From NCBI GenBank assembly GCA_963666115.2, contig CAXXET010000008.1, positions 160,001-224,000 on the forward strand: a DNA stretch of 64,000 bases. Reading direction: 5' to 3'. Origin of the DNA: Dehalococcoidia bacterium. Its GTDB lineage: Bacteria > Chloroflexota > Dehalococcoidia > UBA6926. The notes beneath the pieces were generated by a model, which was not told the origin of the DNA, did no database searches, and saw nothing but the letters and a program-made list of their open reading frames with translations. Positions 62,436 through 64,000 of this stretch are shown here, in pieces (within the stretch, counting starts at the first letter, position 1; every line of letters begins with the position of its first letter). Both the position numbers and the translations under genes were made by a program.

Positions 62436-62455
<20 letters not shown>

Positions 62456-63176
62456 GACGGAAATCGCCATCCTGCCGGACGCGGACGCCGTCGCGCGGAC
62501 GGTCGCCGGCATCGTCGCCGCAATGTCCAATGCGGCGGACGGCGCGTTCTCCATTGCCCTTGCCGGCGGAGAGACGCCCCGCCTCCTCTATGAAACCCTT
62601 GCCCAGGAACCCTACAAGTCCGGCATCGACTGGGCAAAGTGGGACGTATGGTGGGGCGATGAGCGCTGCGTCCCCCCCACCGATGAGATGAGTAACTACG
62701 GCCTGGCCGCTGAGACCCTGCTGGACAAGGTCCCGATTCCCGCCGAACGCATCCACCGCATCCACGGAGAGGCAGGCTCGCAGGCCGCCGCCCTCTCCTA
62801 CGAAAACGACATACGCGAGCGCTATCACGCCGAAATGCCGCAGTTCGACCTGGTCCTGCTCGGCATGGGCGAAGACGGCCACACAGCCGCCCTCTTCCCC
62901 GGCACCCACGCCCTCCAGGAAACCCGCCTTGCCGCTGTCCCTGGCGCCGCCCCCACCCCCCCGCATGACCGCGTAACCCTGTCCCTCCCTGCCATCAACG
63001 CCGCCCGCCGCGTCGTCTTCATCGTCGTCGGACGCGAAAAAGCCCACGCCCTCCGCGCGGTGCTCGCCGCAGACGAGGAGGACGCCCAGCAGCCCCCCGC
63101 CGCCCTCGTCCGCCCCAAAAGCGGCGCGGCGCAATTCGTCGTCGATGAGGACGCAGCGCGTATAGTCCTGACATGA
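62436..63176 (+). CDS. pgl: 6-phosphogluconolactonase
   Basis: LAGGETP, GDERCVP, LLGMGEDGHTA; start at 62436 or 62448. Confidence 0.93.
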
Positions 63177-64000
63177 CACTCAACGCACACGGCTACAAGA
63201 ACATCGGCGATTACGGCCTCATTGGAGACCGCCACTCCGCCGCGCTCGTCGGCATCGACGGCTCCATTGATTGGTGCGCTTTCCCCCGTTTCGACTCCGC
63301 GAGCGTCTTCGCCGCCATCCTCGACAGTGAAAAGGGAGGCCGCTTTGCCGTCACGCCGTCCGAACTCTACACCGGCGGCCAGCGCTACCTGAAAGACTCC
63401 AACGTCCTGGAAACGCAGTTCGTCACGCGCGATGGCGCATGTACGCTGACCGACTTCATGCCGTTCTTCCGCCGCCCGGACCGTTCATGGGTCGCGCACG
63501 GCTGTATCATCCGCGTGTTGCGCTGTACGTCCGGCACAATCCCCATGCGTATCGCCTATGAGCCCCGCCCGGACTACGGCCGCTCGTCAGAAACCCTGTG
63601 GGAGCGCAACGGCACGCTCGTCATCAGGGACGATGACTATGAGCTGATCCTCGAAACCACCCTGCCCCTGCAAATCAACGAATCCGGCGATGGCGCCTAC
63701 GCGGAAGTCCTGCTCTCTGAGGGCATGGAAGCCGTGTTCGTCGTGCGCCACGTGTTGGAGGGCCACGAGGAGGCCATCCCCTCCGCCCTCGCCTCCTCCA
63801 TTCCCCACGAACTCCTTGAACTCACCGACGCCTACTGGCGCAACCTCTCCATGAGCGTCAACTACACCGGCCCCTACCGCGATGTCGTCGTCCGCTCCTA
63901 TCTCGTCCTCCACCTGCTCGTCTACGTCCCCACCGGCGCAATCGTCGCCGCCCCCACCACGTCCCTCCCGGAATGGATCGGCGGCAGCCGCAACTGGGAC
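63173..64000 (+). CDS. Glycoside hydrolase family 15 (trehalase/glucoamylase-like), 3' truncated by window
   Basis: IGDYGLIGD, DGSIDW..PRFDS, TGAIVAAPTTSLPE.IGG.RNWD; missing from the ORF track because it has no stop. Confidence 0.92.
   Translation, partial: MTLNAHGYKNIGDYGLIGDRHSAALVGIDGSIDWCAFPRFDSASVFAAILDSEKGGRFAVTPSELYTGGQRYLKDSNVLETQFVTRDGACTLTDFMPFFRRPDRSWVAHGCIIRVLRCTSGTIPMRIAYEPRPDYGRSSETLWERNGTLVIRDDDYELILETTLPLQINESGDGAYAEVLLSEGMEAVFVVRHVLEGHEEAIPSALASSIPHELLELTDAYWRNLSMSVNYTGPYRDVVVRSYLVLHLLVYVPTGAIVAAPTTSLPEWIGGSRNWD

Overview
High-GC bacterial chromosome segment, most likely Chloroflexota (Dehalococcoidia-like), judged from the 16S, its unlinked arrangement and the gene content; I have not verified this by search. 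Core genes: a ComM/YifB C-terminus, rplY, sucCD, rex, a complete F1Fo atp operon interrupted by two HAD phosphatases, sbcC, gnd-zwf-pgl-GH15 and a stand-alone 16S rRNA. These are interleaved with small accessory islets (intact and decayed toxin-antitoxin modules, DUF262/GmrSD, NYN, PIN, six PaREP1 paralogs) and several families of REP-like palindromes. The best candidate for an undescribed system is a six-gene terminase-small/terminase-large/Zn-HTH/portal operon (32549-36571). It has host-like codon usage, no capsid, tail, integrase or replication genes in the window, and a sigma70 promoter overlapped by a Gram-positive/Chloroflexi-type LexA box, suggesting an SOS-inducible, domesticated, GTA-like DNA-packaging module. 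Other notable signals: a G/C strand-skew inversion near 7 kb, polar patches of skewed synonymous mutation beside REP elements, a leaderless-promoter PaREP1 expansion, a docking-domain-less RND pump with a Rex-like operator, and a structured 5' leader on an NYN nuclease. All assignments come from motif reading by eye.
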